Source of the DNA: Thermoplasmatota archaeon | Lineage (GTDB): Archaea; Thermoplasmatota; Thermoplasmata; UBA10834 | Assembly: GCA_040751795.1 (NCBI GenBank) | Contig: JBFMHR010000002.1 | Coordinates: forward strand, 288,001-352,000 | Direction: 5' to 3' | DNA: 64,000 nt | Shown: positions 10,463 through 18,939 of the stretch, piece by piece | Layout of the letters: every line of letters starts with the position of its first letter | Position numbering within the stretch: position 1 is the stretch's first letter | Translations under genes and position numbers: made by a program | The notes under the pieces: model-generated | The model's database searches: none | What the model saw: the letters and a program-made list of their open reading frames with translations, nothing else | What the model was told of the DNA's origin: nothing

Positions 10463-11210
10463 ACAAGGGCCCCCCTACAAGGTACGCGGTGGTCAGAGCC
10501 AGCGCGATGCCTGTGGCGGTACGTGAGAACGCCGTATATAATTGTTGGTCGCCGACAAGGGCGATGCCAGCCACCGTCGGGAGGAGGGCCAGCGCGACGC
10601 CCACGACGCTCGCGACAGCCATGGGGCCGCGCATCTTCGGGTAAGGGACGGTGGAGGCCATGAGTATGCTCGCGACGAGGGCCGCCGGGAGCACGGCCGC
10701 AGGCGCCTCGCCGAACGAGAAGTAGTACTCGGAGGGCTCGGAGCCGGCGACGGGGCCGAAGAGCAGGCAGAGCAGTATCACGAACAGCGCCGCCCCTGGG
10801 GCGGGCAGGCCCGCGAAGTGGGGCAGCTGGAAGCCGCCCGCGCTGAACCTCGCCAGCCTGAAGAGGCCGGAGACGAGGAAGGCGACCGAGCACGCGAGCA
10901 CCAGGACGTCCTGGGGCGCCTGGAGGGGCGCCACCGCGGGGTCCTCGAAGACCGCGTACAGGAGGAACGCCGGCGCGAAGGCGAACGAAATGGAGTCGGA
11001 GATCGAGTCGAGGATCTGCCCCCGCGAGTGCTTGCTCCCGTACCTCCTCGCCATGAAGCCGTCCAGCCCGTCCATGACCATCGAGAGCAGGAGGAGGCTC
11101 GTGGCAGAGAGGTAGTTGCCCTCGGAGACGTAGACTATCGCGATGAAGCCGAGGGCGCCGTTGGCGAGGGTGAAGAGGTCCCCGAGGGAGACCCTATCCA
11201 GAGCGGTCAT
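10440..11210 (-). CDS. pssA: Archaetidylserine/phosphatidylserine synthase (CDP-alcohol phosphatidyltransferase)
   Basis: DGLDGFMARR...G..LDSISD motif, RLARF, FAGLP; adjacent to the decarboxylase. Confidence 0.88.
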   Translation of the reverse strand: MTALDRVSLGDLFTLANGALGFIAIVYVSEGNYLSATSLLLLSMVMDGLDGFMARRYGSKHSRGQILDSISDSISFAFAPAFLLYAVFEDPAVAPLQAPQDVLVLACSVAFLVSGLFRLARFSAGGFQLPHFAGLPAPGAALFVILLCLLFGPVAGSEPSEYYFSFGEAPAAVLPAALVASILMASTVPYPKMRGPMAVASVVGVALALLPTVAGIALVGDQQLYTAFSRTATGIALALTTAYLVGGPLYERRKRT

Positions 11211-11793
11211 CGGCGACCTCCGCGACGCACGTCACCCCGGCGCGGAGCCTCTGCCCCACCTGTGCCTTGATCCTGACCCTGCCCGGCGGGAGGAAGAGGT
11301 CCACCCTGGAACCGAACCTGATGAGGCCGAGGCGGTCCGCCTTCCCCAGCGGGAGGCCCTGGTCCACGTAGGGCACTATCCTCCGCGCGAGTATCCCGGA
11401 CATGTGCATGATCGTGATGTCCCCGATGCCGGTCTCCATGCCGACCTCGACGCGCTCGTTGTTCGGGGACCTGGCGCTGAACGCCGGCAGGTGCCTCCCC
11501 GGGTAGCGGACCATCTTGGAGACGACGCCCTCGATCGGGGCCCTCGTCACGTGGACGTTCCTGAGGGCGAGGTAGATGGAGACGAGCCCCTTCTCGTGGT
11601 CGACCTCCCTCACGACGCCGTCCGCAGGCGCGACGATGCCGCTGCCGGCGGACCTGGACGGGTCCCTGAAGACGAACGCGAGGAAGCCGGCGAGGCAGGC
11701 GAAGGCGACGCAGGCGTAGACGCTCACGAAGAACGTGGCGACGGAGGCTGCCGCGCTCAGCAGCACGAATACGCGTCCGCCCCTGGCGATCAT
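11194..11793 (-). CDS. psd: Archaetidylserine/phosphatidylserine decarboxylase
   Basis: FRDP, APADG, VHVTRAP, NER and the FGS autocleavage motif. Confidence 0.92.
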   Translation of the reverse strand: MIARGGRVFVLLSAAASVATFFVSVYACVAFACLAGFLAFVFRDPSRSAGSGIVAPADGVVREVDHEKGLVSIYLALRNVHVTRAPIEGVVSKMVRYPGRHLPAFSARSPNNERVEVGMETGIGDITIMHMSGILARRIVPYVDQGLPLGKADRLGLIRFGSRVDLFLPPGRVRIKAQVGQRLRAGVTCVAEVADDRSG

Positions 11794-11835
11794 TCAGGTT
11801 GCCTCTGCTCCCAGAGCGAAGTCAAGACCGAACCC

Positions 11836-12489
11836 CTATTTAAGGAGCATCTTGGCGTCGACCACGACGACGCCCCTGCTCTTTATGAAGACCGGGTTCA
11901 GGTCCATCTGGTCCAGCCTGTCCATGTGCTTCTCGCCGAAGGCCGAGACCGCGAGGAGGAGGTTCACTATCCCCTCCCTGTCGACCTTGATCTTCCTGAA
12001 GCCCTCCAGTATGGGCGCCGCCTTGATCTCCCTGAGCATCTCCTCGGCGTCCTCCCTCTTGATCGGGACGACCCTGAACGTGACGTCCTTGTAGACCTCG
12101 GTGTAGATGCCCCCGAGGCCGAACATGATGGTCAGGCCGAAGGTGCCGTCGTTGATGAGGCCGACTATGACCTCCACCTTCCTGTCCTGCATCGACTCGA
12201 CCAGGATGTCCTCCCCGGGGAACTTGTCCCTCATCTTGCAGAACTCCTGCTCGAACTGGTCCCTCGCGACGTCCAGGGCGACGCCCCCGACGTCCGTCTT
12301 GTGGAGTATCTTCGGCGAGCAGACCTTGAGCACGACCGGGAACTTCAGCTTCTTCTGGTCGATGTCCGCCATGGACCTGCCCACCTGGAAGTCGGTGGTG
12401 GGTATGCCCGCCTCGCGGAGCACCTCCTTGACCTCGTTCTCCGCGAGCGCCTTCCTGCCCTCCCTGAGCACGGAATCGATGACAGACAA
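11836..12489 (-). CDS. ADP-forming acetate/acyl-CoA ligase beta subunit (ATP-grasp)
   Basis: FPVVLKV...HKTDVGGV, FGLGGIYTEVYKD, DLNP; TTG start at 12489. Confidence 0.9.
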   Translation of the reverse strand: MSVIDSVLREGRKALAENEVKEVLREAGIPTTDFQVGRSMADIDQKKLKFPVVLKVCSPKILHKTDVGGVALDVARDQFEQEFCKMRDKFPGEDILVESMQDRKVEVIVGLINDGTFGLTIMFGLGGIYTEVYKDVTFRVVPIKREDAEEMLREIKAAPILEGFRKIKVDREGIVNLLLAVSAFGEKHMDRLDQMDLNPVFIKSRGVVVVDAKMLLK

Positions 12490-12521
12490 GTTGACCGCCT
12501 TCCTGATGCGCGAATCGCGCC

Positions 12522-13100
12522 TTAATCCTTGCCGTGGCTCTGTATCGCGGCCTGGCCAAGGCGCCTCCCGAGCGCCAGCGCGGCCCTGTTCAGGTCGTGC
12601 GTCGCCTTCGGGACGGACTCGAGCATCGCCCTCTCCAGCGCCTCGAACGAGACTATGTCCGAGATCTCCCTGAGCGCGCCGAGCATGACAACGTTGCCCA
12701 CGACCCTGGTGCCCATGCCCTCGGCCTCCTTCGTCGCCCTGACAAGGTACACGTGCCCCGAGGGCTTGGCCCTCACTAGGTCGGGGTCCAGGATGACCTT
12801 GGTCTCGGGCTTGACCTCGTGGATGTACTTCTCGTAGGCCTGCTGCGAAAGGACCACGAGGTAGTCCGGGATCTCGACGAACGGGTAGTGCATGTCCCCG
12901 GTGGAGATCTTGACGTCGCACTTGGAGTGCCCGCCCCTCGCCGAGGGGCCGTAGGACTGCGTCTGGATGGCCGACTTGCGGGTGACCTTCCCCTCCTTGG
13001 ACACGGGCCGGTCGTACAGGGCCGCGGCCCTGGCCAGGACCACCCCCATGAGGATGACCCCCTGGCCCCCGAAGCCCGTGAACCTAATGCCTGTCTCCAT
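12522..13100 (-). CDS. 2-oxoacid:ferredoxin oxidoreductase gamma subunit
   Basis: GFGGQG, QSYGPSARGG, NVVMLGA. Confidence 0.93.
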   Translation of the reverse strand: METGIRFTGFGGQGVILMGVVLARAAALYDRPVSKEGKVTRKSAIQTQSYGPSARGGHSKCDVKISTGDMHYPFVEIPDYLVVLSQQAYEKYIHEVKPETKVILDPDLVRAKPSGHVYLVRATKEAEGMGTRVVGNVVMLGALREISDIVSFEALERAMLESVPKATHDLNRAALALGRRLGQAAIQSHGKD

Positions 13101-13902
13101 GTCCCTCGACTCCTACCCTCTCCTGGTAGCACTCCCGGTCCCTGTTGACGAACTCGCCGATGGTGATCTGCCCGGCGAGGTTGAGGTCGACGTGGTCGAC
13201 GTCCGCCGCCCTGGACTTCTCCCTACGGACGGTGCTCGCCTTGAACCAGTCGAGCATCGCGGACGGGTCGGCCATCTTGTTCCTGCGGCCGAAGTTCGTC
13301 GGGCACTGCGAGACGACCTCTATGAAGTTGAAGCCCTTCTTCTCCAGGGCGACCTTGATGGACTTGGTGAGCTCGTGCACCTGCCTGGTGGTCCACCGGG
13401 CGACGTAGTTGGCGCCCGCCGCGACGGCGATCTCGGCGAGGTCGAACGGGTACTCCCTGTTGCCCGCCGGCGTCGTGGTCGAGAGGAAGTCGTGCGGCGT
13501 GGTGATGGACGCCTGCCCGCCCGTCATCCCGTAGATGTTGTTGTTTATGCAGATGACGTCCATGTCGACGTTCCGCCTGCACCCGTTGATGAAGTGGTTG
13601 CCCCCGATGGCCCCGAGGTCCCCGTCGCCCGTGAAGACGACTATGTCCAGCTCCGGCCTCGCCAGCTTGAGCCCGCTCGCGAAGGCGATGGCCCTCCCGT
13701 GGGTGGTGTGGAGCGCGTCGGCGTTGATGTAGAGGGGTATCCTGGACGAGCAGCCGATACCGCTCACGAAGACGGTGTTGTCGAGGTCCCAGCCGAGGTC
13801 GTTGAAGGCCCTGAAGAAGCAGTTCATGACCGTGCCGTTCCCGCAGCCGGGGCAGAAGACGTGCGGCCATCGGTCCTTCCTGTAGAAATCGAAGAGCTCC
13901 AT
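13084..13902 (-). CDS. 2-oxoacid:ferredoxin oxidoreductase beta subunit (TPP-binding)
   Basis: FCPGCG, SGIGCS, HTTHGR, GDGD...NN.YGMTGGQ; ATG at 13902. Confidence 0.95.
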   Translation of the reverse strand: MELFDFYRKDRWPHVFCPGCGNGTVMNCFFRAFNDLGWDLDNTVFVSGIGCSSRIPLYINADALHTTHGRAIAFASGLKLARPELDIVVFTGDGDLGAIGGNHFINGCRRNVDMDVICINNNIYGMTGGQASITTPHDFLSTTTPAGNREYPFDLAEIAVAAGANYVARWTTRQVHELTKSIKVALEKKGFNFIEVVSQCPTNFGRRNKMADPSAMLDWFKASTVRREKSRAADVDHVDLNLAGQITIGEFVNRDRECYQERVGVEGHGDRH

Positions 13903-15032
13903 CAGATCGCCCCCATCTCCCTGAGCTTGTGCCTTACCTCGCCCGGGGTCGGCGGGTCCCCGCCGATCTTGGTGAGCAGCTCCACCTTCTTGCAGCCCGC
14001 CTCCAGGGCCACCCTCTTGATGTCCCAGAAGAGCTGGCCCAGGTTCATCTCGCAGACGAGTATGTGGTCCGCCTTGGCGGCGACCTCCCTTATGGGCTCC
14101 TCGGGGAGCGGCCATATGGTCTTGAGCCTGAGGAGGCCGATCCTGTCGTCCGCGGCCGCGACCTCCCTCGCGCCGAACGAGGCTGAGCCATAGGATATGA
14201 CGAAGTGCTTCGAGTCGGGGCAGAAGGTCTCCCACTTGTTGATGTCCTTCCTGCTCCTGACGATCTTCTCGTTGAGCCTCCTGACCAGCTCGGAGTGCAC
14301 CTGCGGGTCCTCCGGCTCTATCCTGGCGTCGGGCCTGTGGGTCATGCCGGTGACGGCCGCCTTGTGCCCCTTGCCGAAGGTGGGGAACGGGGGCACCAGC
14401 TCGTCCGGCACGTCGTACGCCTCGTCCATCCTGCGCATCCCCCTCTCCTTCCTGTTCACGATCTTGATCTCGGACGGGACGGTGAGGAGGCCCCTCATGT
14501 GGCCGACCTCCGCGTCCGAGAGCAGGAAGGTCGGGACCCTGTACTTCTCCGAGTAGTTGAACGCCTTGACGGTGAGGTCGAACATCTCCTGGACGCTCGC
14601 CGGGGCGAACGCGATGACCTGGTAGTCGCCGTGCGAGCCCCACTTGGTGGCCATGACGTCGCCCTGGGACGCGCGGGTGGGCTGTCCCGTCGACGGGCCA
14701 CCCCTCATGACGTTGGCGACGACTATGGGCGTCTCGGACATGGCCGCGTAGCCGAACGCCTCCTGCATGAGGGAGAAGCCCGGTCCCGACGTTGCCGTCA
14801 TGGACTTGACGCCGCCCCACGAAGCACCAATGACCGCGGAGATGCAGGCGATCTCGTCCTCCATCTGGAGGAACGACCCGCCGACCTCCGGGAGCCTCTT
14901 GGCCAGGCCCTCGGCTATCTCCGTGGAGGGTGTGATAGGGTAGCCGGCGAAGAACCTCAGGCCTGAGGCGATGGAGGCCTCGACGCACGCGTCGTTACCC
15001 TGCAGGAAGTACTCGCCCGGTGCGAGGGTCAC
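13902..15032 (-). CDS. 2-oxoacid:ferredoxin oxidoreductase alpha subunit
   Basis: GYPITPSTE, QMEDEI, TATSGPG, RGGPSTG, EMNLGQ; GTG at 15032. Confidence 0.95.
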   Translation of the reverse strand: MTLAPGEYFLQGNDACVEASIASGLRFFAGYPITPSTEIAEGLAKRLPEVGGSFLQMEDEIACISAVIGASWGGVKSMTATSGPGFSLMQEAFGYAAMSETPIVVANVMRGGPSTGQPTRASQGDVMATKWGSHGDYQVIAFAPASVQEMFDLTVKAFNYSEKYRVPTFLLSDAEVGHMRGLLTVPSEIKIVNRKERGMRRMDEAYDVPDELVPPFPTFGKGHKAAVTGMTHRPDARIEPEDPQVHSELVRRLNEKIVRSRKDINKWETFCPDSKHFVISYGSASFGAREVAAADDRIGLLRLKTIWPLPEEPIREVAAKADHILVCEMNLGQLFWDIKRVALEAGCKKVELLTKIGGDPPTPGEVRHKLREMGAI

Positions 15033-15274
15033 TTCTTCTCCACCTCCTCCTCGGGCCTCCACGATATGGCCTGGTCGGGGCAGCTGAGGACGCACAGCTC
15101 GCAGATGAGCTTCCCCTCGCGCTTCCAGTTGTAGCAGCTCTCGGGCGAGCTCACCACCGCCGCGAAGTACCCGCGCTCGGAGAGCTCGGACCCCTTGGAG
15201 TAGCACTTCTTGGGGCAGATGTAGACGCAGATGTTGCATCCCTTGCAGTACTTGAGGTCGATGACCGTCCTCAT
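15029..15274 (-). CDS. 2-oxoacid:ferredoxin oxidoreductase delta subunit (2x[4Fe-4S] ferredoxin)
   Basis: CKGCNICVYICP and C...CELCVLSCP; first gene of the operon. Confidence 0.92.
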   Translation of the reverse strand: MRTVIDLKYCKGCNICVYICPKKCYSKGSELSERGYFAAVVSSPESCYNWKREGKLICELCVLSCPDQAISWRPEEEVEKK

Positions 15275-15476
15275 CTAGTTCGACCCGCGCCATCGGGAGA
15301 ACGATATTTGAATGTATTTGACATAACGGAATTCGCTACCAGCTCCTCCAGGACGGCCGCGGGGCCTTGTCAGATTGAGCGCGGCGGCCCTCAAAACCGT
15401 TCAATGTCCCGGAAGCGGGGGCGCCCGCAGGTCAGGCGTGCTCAAGAAAGCATTAATACAGGCCTCCCGATAACTC

Positions 15477-16400
15477 GTGCCCGAGACGATGGATGCGCTC
15501 CAGACGGAGATCCTGAAGCTGAAGGAGCAGAAGAACGCCGTCATCCTGGGCCACAACTACCAGCGCAAGGAGGTCCAGGAGGTCTCGGACTTCCTCGGCG
15601 ACTCGTACGGCCTCTCCGTCCAGGCGACGAAGACGAAGGCGAAGGTCATCGTGTTCTGCGGAGTGGACTTCATGGCCGAGTCGGCCAAGATACTCAACCC
15701 GGAGAAGGTCGTCCTGCACCCGAACCTCAGGGCCAGGTGCCCCATGGCGGGCATGGTGGACGTCAAAGGGCTGAGGGAGCTGAAGGCGGAGCACCCGGGC
15801 GCGCCGGTGGTCTCCTACGTAAACACGAGCGCCGAGGTCAAGGCGGAGAGCGACATATGCTGCACCTCCGCGAACGCCGTCAAGATCGTCAAGTCCCTCG
15901 AGGAGGGGAAGATCATATTCGTCCCGGACACCAACCTCGGCCTGTACGTCCAGAGGTTCGTGCCGGACAAGGAGATAGTCTTCTGGCCTGGCTACTGCCC
16001 GACCCACATGAACATCCAGGCCAAGGACCTCGAGAGGCTCAGGAAGGAGCACCCGGCCGCCGAGGTGCTGGTCCACCCGGAGTGCACCCCCGACGTGATC
16101 GACGCGGCGGACCACGCCTTCTCGACCGAGGGCATCATCAAGCACGTCACGGCCTCCCCGAAGAGGGAGTTCATCATAGGCACTGAGTCGAACATGCTCC
16201 ACAGGCTGAGGAAGGAGGCGCCGGGCAAGGTCTTCTACGAGGTGCCCAACGCCACCTGCCCCAACATGCGCGAGATCTCCCTGGAGGACGTGCGCGACTC
16301 GCTGGCGAAGACGCAGCACAGGGTCGAGCTGCCCGCGGACATCATCAGGAAGGCGCGCCTGCCCCTGGAGCGCATGCTCAAGGCCGGCCGCCAGGAATGA
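15477..16400 (+). CDS. nadA: Quinolinate synthase
   Basis: HNYQ, GDS, CGVDFMAES, YVNTSA, HPEC, CPNM. Confidence 0.97.
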   Translation: MPETMDALQTEILKLKEQKNAVILGHNYQRKEVQEVSDFLGDSYGLSVQATKTKAKVIVFCGVDFMAESAKILNPEKVVLHPNLRARCPMAGMVDVKGLRELKAEHPGAPVVSYVNTSAEVKAESDICCTSANAVKIVKSLEEGKIIFVPDTNLGLYVQRFVPDKEIVFWPGYCPTHMNIQAKDLERLRKEHPAAEVLVHPECTPDVIDAADHAFSTEGIIKHVTASPKREFIIGTESNMLHRLRKEAPGKVFYEVPNATCPNMREISLEDVRDSLAKTQHRVELPADIIRKARLPLERMLKAGRQE

Positions 16401-17042
16401 TCACTGCGACGCCAGGTCCGCGACCGGGCTGACGGCGAAGTAGACGCCGAACACCACCATCAGCGCCCCGCACGCCCCGAAGACCACCTCGTGCACGAGG
16501 GGCGTCCAGAGGTGCCTGCTCCTGAAGACCGCGAAGGACGTGAACGAGTACCAGGCTAGGTCGCAGCTCCAGTGCACCACCGCGAACACGACCACCACTA
16601 TCGCGCCGAACTCCTCCGCCGTGAATATCAGCAGAGCGCCGACCGTCGCCCACCAGAGGAAGAAGTAGGGGTTCGCCGAGGTCGTGAAGGCGCCGGCGAC
16701 CAAGGCGCTTTCCGGGAGGGAGTCCTTCCCCGTGACGGCTATCTGCTTCCTGGCGCGGATCATCATCACTCCCATGAACGCGAGGAGGGCCCCGCCCACG
16801 AGGCCGATGGCCGTCATGACCCTCTCGTCCTCGAAGACGAACCCGAGGCTCAGCACGATGAGGGCCATGAGCGGGAACTCGATGAGGCCGTGGCCCAGGG
16901 CGATCTTGACGCCGGCCCTCTCGTCCCTGTAGCCCTTGGCGATGGTCGCGGCCAGCACCGGCCCTGGCATCATCACCCCGGAGAACGAGATGACTATGGC
17001 CATCCCGAGGAATATCCAGACGTTCTGACTTATCGGGTCCAC
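16401..17042 (-). CDS. LysE family translocator
   Basis: PGP, ALGH, SANPYFFLWW motifs; about 6 TM. Confidence 0.9.
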   Translation of the reverse strand: MDPISQNVWIFLGMAIVISFSGVMMPGPVLAATIAKGYRDERAGVKIALGHGLIEFPLMALIVLSLGFVFEDERVMTAIGLVGGALLAFMGVMMIRARKQIAVTGKDSLPESALVAGAFTTSANPYFFLWWATVGALLIFTAEEFGAIVVVVFAVVHWSCDLAWYSFTSFAVFRSRHLWTPLVHEVVFGACGALMVVFGVYFAVSPVADLASQ

Positions 17043-17133
17043 TGGACCCTCACTAGGCCGCCGGGATATTTAACCCGTGCGCCGCAGGGCCCCTGGTGCT
17101 GGGTAGAAATATCCGCACGGCGTTGGGGAGCAC

Positions 17134-17204
17134 CGAGTGATGAGAAGAGGGTCAGCTGAGGTCCAAAGGACCCGTGATGAGCCCTATGAGTGCTGAATCG
17201 CTCG
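17134..17204 (+). ncRNA. Box C/D guide sRNA (predicted pre-tRNA-Met Cm34 guide)
   Basis: C box GTGATGA 17137-17143, D' CTGA 17156-17159, C' GTGATGA 17174-17180, D CTGA 17193-17196; two 12-nt guides; terminal CGAG/CTCG stem. Confidence 0.9.
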
Positions 17205-17253
17205 ACAGAAACCCAGGCGCGCACGGGCGGAGCCGCCCGTGCGGCCGGCAACC

Positions 17254-17793
17254 TCAGAGCTCGAAGCCGTCGTAGTCGAGGTCGCAGATCCTCTTGAAGT
17301 ACCCGCGCGGGTGCTTGCAGTTGGGGCAGGTCTCGGGCGCCTCCTTGCCCCTGTGCATGTAGCCGCAGTTGGTGCAGAACCAGACCTCCTCCCCGTCAGA
17401 CTTGTACAGGCTCCCGTCCTTCAGCCTGTCCAGGAGGAGCTGGTACCTCTTGGCGTGGTGGTGCTCGATGCTGATCACGTGCTCGAAGAAATCTGCTGCG
17501 GCGTCGTTCCCCTCCTCGCGCGCGACCTTGGCGAACTCCGGGTACATCTTGGTCCACTCGTAGGTCTCGCCGGCGATGGCCTTCTTCAGGTTCTCCTCCG
17601 TGTCCCCGACCATCCCGAGGAGCTTCATGATCATCGCCGAGTGCTCGTACTCGTTCTCGGCGGTCTCCTCGAATATCTTGGCGATCGCCTGGTGGCCCTC
17701 CTTGTTGGCCGCCCCCGCCCATTTCGTGTACTTGGCCCTGGCCTCGCTCTCACCTGCGAGCGCGGCCTTGAGGTTCTCCTCGGTCTTGCTCAC
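17254..17793 (-). CDS. rbr: Rubrerythrin
   Basis: AGESEA..KY, ENEYEH, GETYEWTKMY, EHHH and rubredoxin-like CTNCG...CPNCKHP; GTG at 17793. Confidence 0.93.
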   Translation of the reverse strand: MSKTEENLKAALAGESEARAKYTKWAGAANKEGHQAIAKIFEETAENEYEHSAMIMKLLGMVGDTEENLKKAIAGETYEWTKMYPEFAKVAREEGNDAAADFFEHVISIEHHHAKRYQLLLDRLKDGSLYKSDGEEVWFCTNCGYMHRGKEAPETCPNCKHPRGYFKRICDLDYDGFEL

Positions 17794-17861
17794 GATACCA
17801 CTCAATGCGAGATTGCGCTCCTTGGATAAGAAGGAATCCGCGAACCAGTCAGCCGCCCGCC

Positions 17862-18377
17862 TCAGGACTGGAGCGCCACGACGTAGTCTATGAACCTGCT
17901 CAGGGGCATGCCGTCGTTCCAGCGCATTATGAGGTTCCCCTCCTTCGAGGGCTGGATCTTCGGGAGCCTCTCGTACACCGGCTTCAGCCTCCCGTTGAGC
18001 GGCCCGACGTCCAGGGTGAACATCCTCCAGGCGTCGCCGCGCTGGCGCTTGTACCTGAAGGCGTATATGGGCATCAGTCCGACCCTCCTGCAGTCCTCCA
18101 TCATCTCGTTGGCCTGGATGACGAGCTTCTCGTTCCTGCTGAACCTCAGCACGTCGCTGGTCGAGCTCTTGACCTCGATGGGGAACGACAGCCCCGCGCT
18201 GATGGCGACGAGGTCCACCCCGAGGGAGCCCGCGCCCCTGACGACCATGAACGGCCTGTCGCGGATCCTGAGGTACCCGCCCCGCTCGAGCGGGTCGCAG
18301 GTCTTGGTCACCCTGGCCAGCACGTCCTCGTTGGCACTCAGGATGCCCTTGAGCTCTCGCTCAAAAATCTTTCCCAT
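17862..18377 (-). CDS. hjc: Archaeal Holliday junction resolvase (Hjc-like)
   Basis: G..FEREL, VVRGAGS, DLVA, IEVKS PD-(D/E)xK motifs, with an N-terminal insertion. Confidence 0.8.
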   Translation of the reverse strand: MGKIFERELKGILSANEDVLARVTKTCDPLERGGYLRIRDRPFMVVRGAGSLGVDLVAISAGLSFPIEVKSSTSDVLRFSRNEKLVIQANEMMEDCRRVGLMPIYAFRYKRQRGDAWRMFTLDVGPLNGRLKPVYERLPKIQPSKEGNLIMRWNDGMPLSRFIDYVVALQS

Positions 18378-18417
18378 CGCCTTCAGGTATGTATGCTGCT
18401 AGCAAGATATAAACGCA

Positions 18418-18939
18418 TCACTTCTGGTTGCAGTCTTCCATGGCCGCCCTGTCCAGCTCGTCCTGCAGCGTCCCCGCCCCGACGTCCCTGTGGAACGAGG
18501 CCTCCGACTTGGCGCCCGGCGCCCCGGAGCAATCGTCGTCGGTGACGCCCGCGTAGACGATGTGCAGCCTCTTGACCGTCACTCCCCTGTAGTGCCATAC
18601 GACGTCGTACATCGCCGCCAGGTCCGTGCTCCTGAGGCCCACCCCGCACACCTCCTTGGCGACCCTCTTGGCCGCCGTGGGGATGTCCTCGTAGGTGCTG
18701 ATCGGCCCGGCGGGGAGTGACCACCCCTTCCCGCCCTTCCCCCTCACCAGGGCCGTGCCCTTCTGGCCCCTGATGACGAGGATCATCTGCCCCTTGCAGG
18801 GGGCGTAGTCCAGGTCTGCGGCCTCGCCCCGCCTGTCGTACTCGAACTTGCGGACGCTCAGCCTGGGGGTGGACAGCGCCAGGGCGTCGATCTCGTCGGC
18901 CGTCGGCAGCTCGACCAGGATCCTCTTGGGCGGCTTCAC
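18418..18939 (-). CDS. NUDIX-like protein (degenerate box)
   Basis: WSLPAG....ED...AAKRVAKEVCG resembles a Nudix box lacking some glutamates. Confidence 0.65.
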   Translation of the reverse strand: MKPPKRILVELPTADEIDALALSTPRLSVRKFEYDRRGEAADLDYAPCKGQMILVIRGQKGTALVRGKGGKGWSLPAGPISTYEDIPTAAKRVAKEVCGVGLRSTDLAAMYDVVWHYRGVTVKRLHIVYAGVTDDDCSGAPGAKSEASFHRDVGAGTLQDELDRAAMEDCNQK

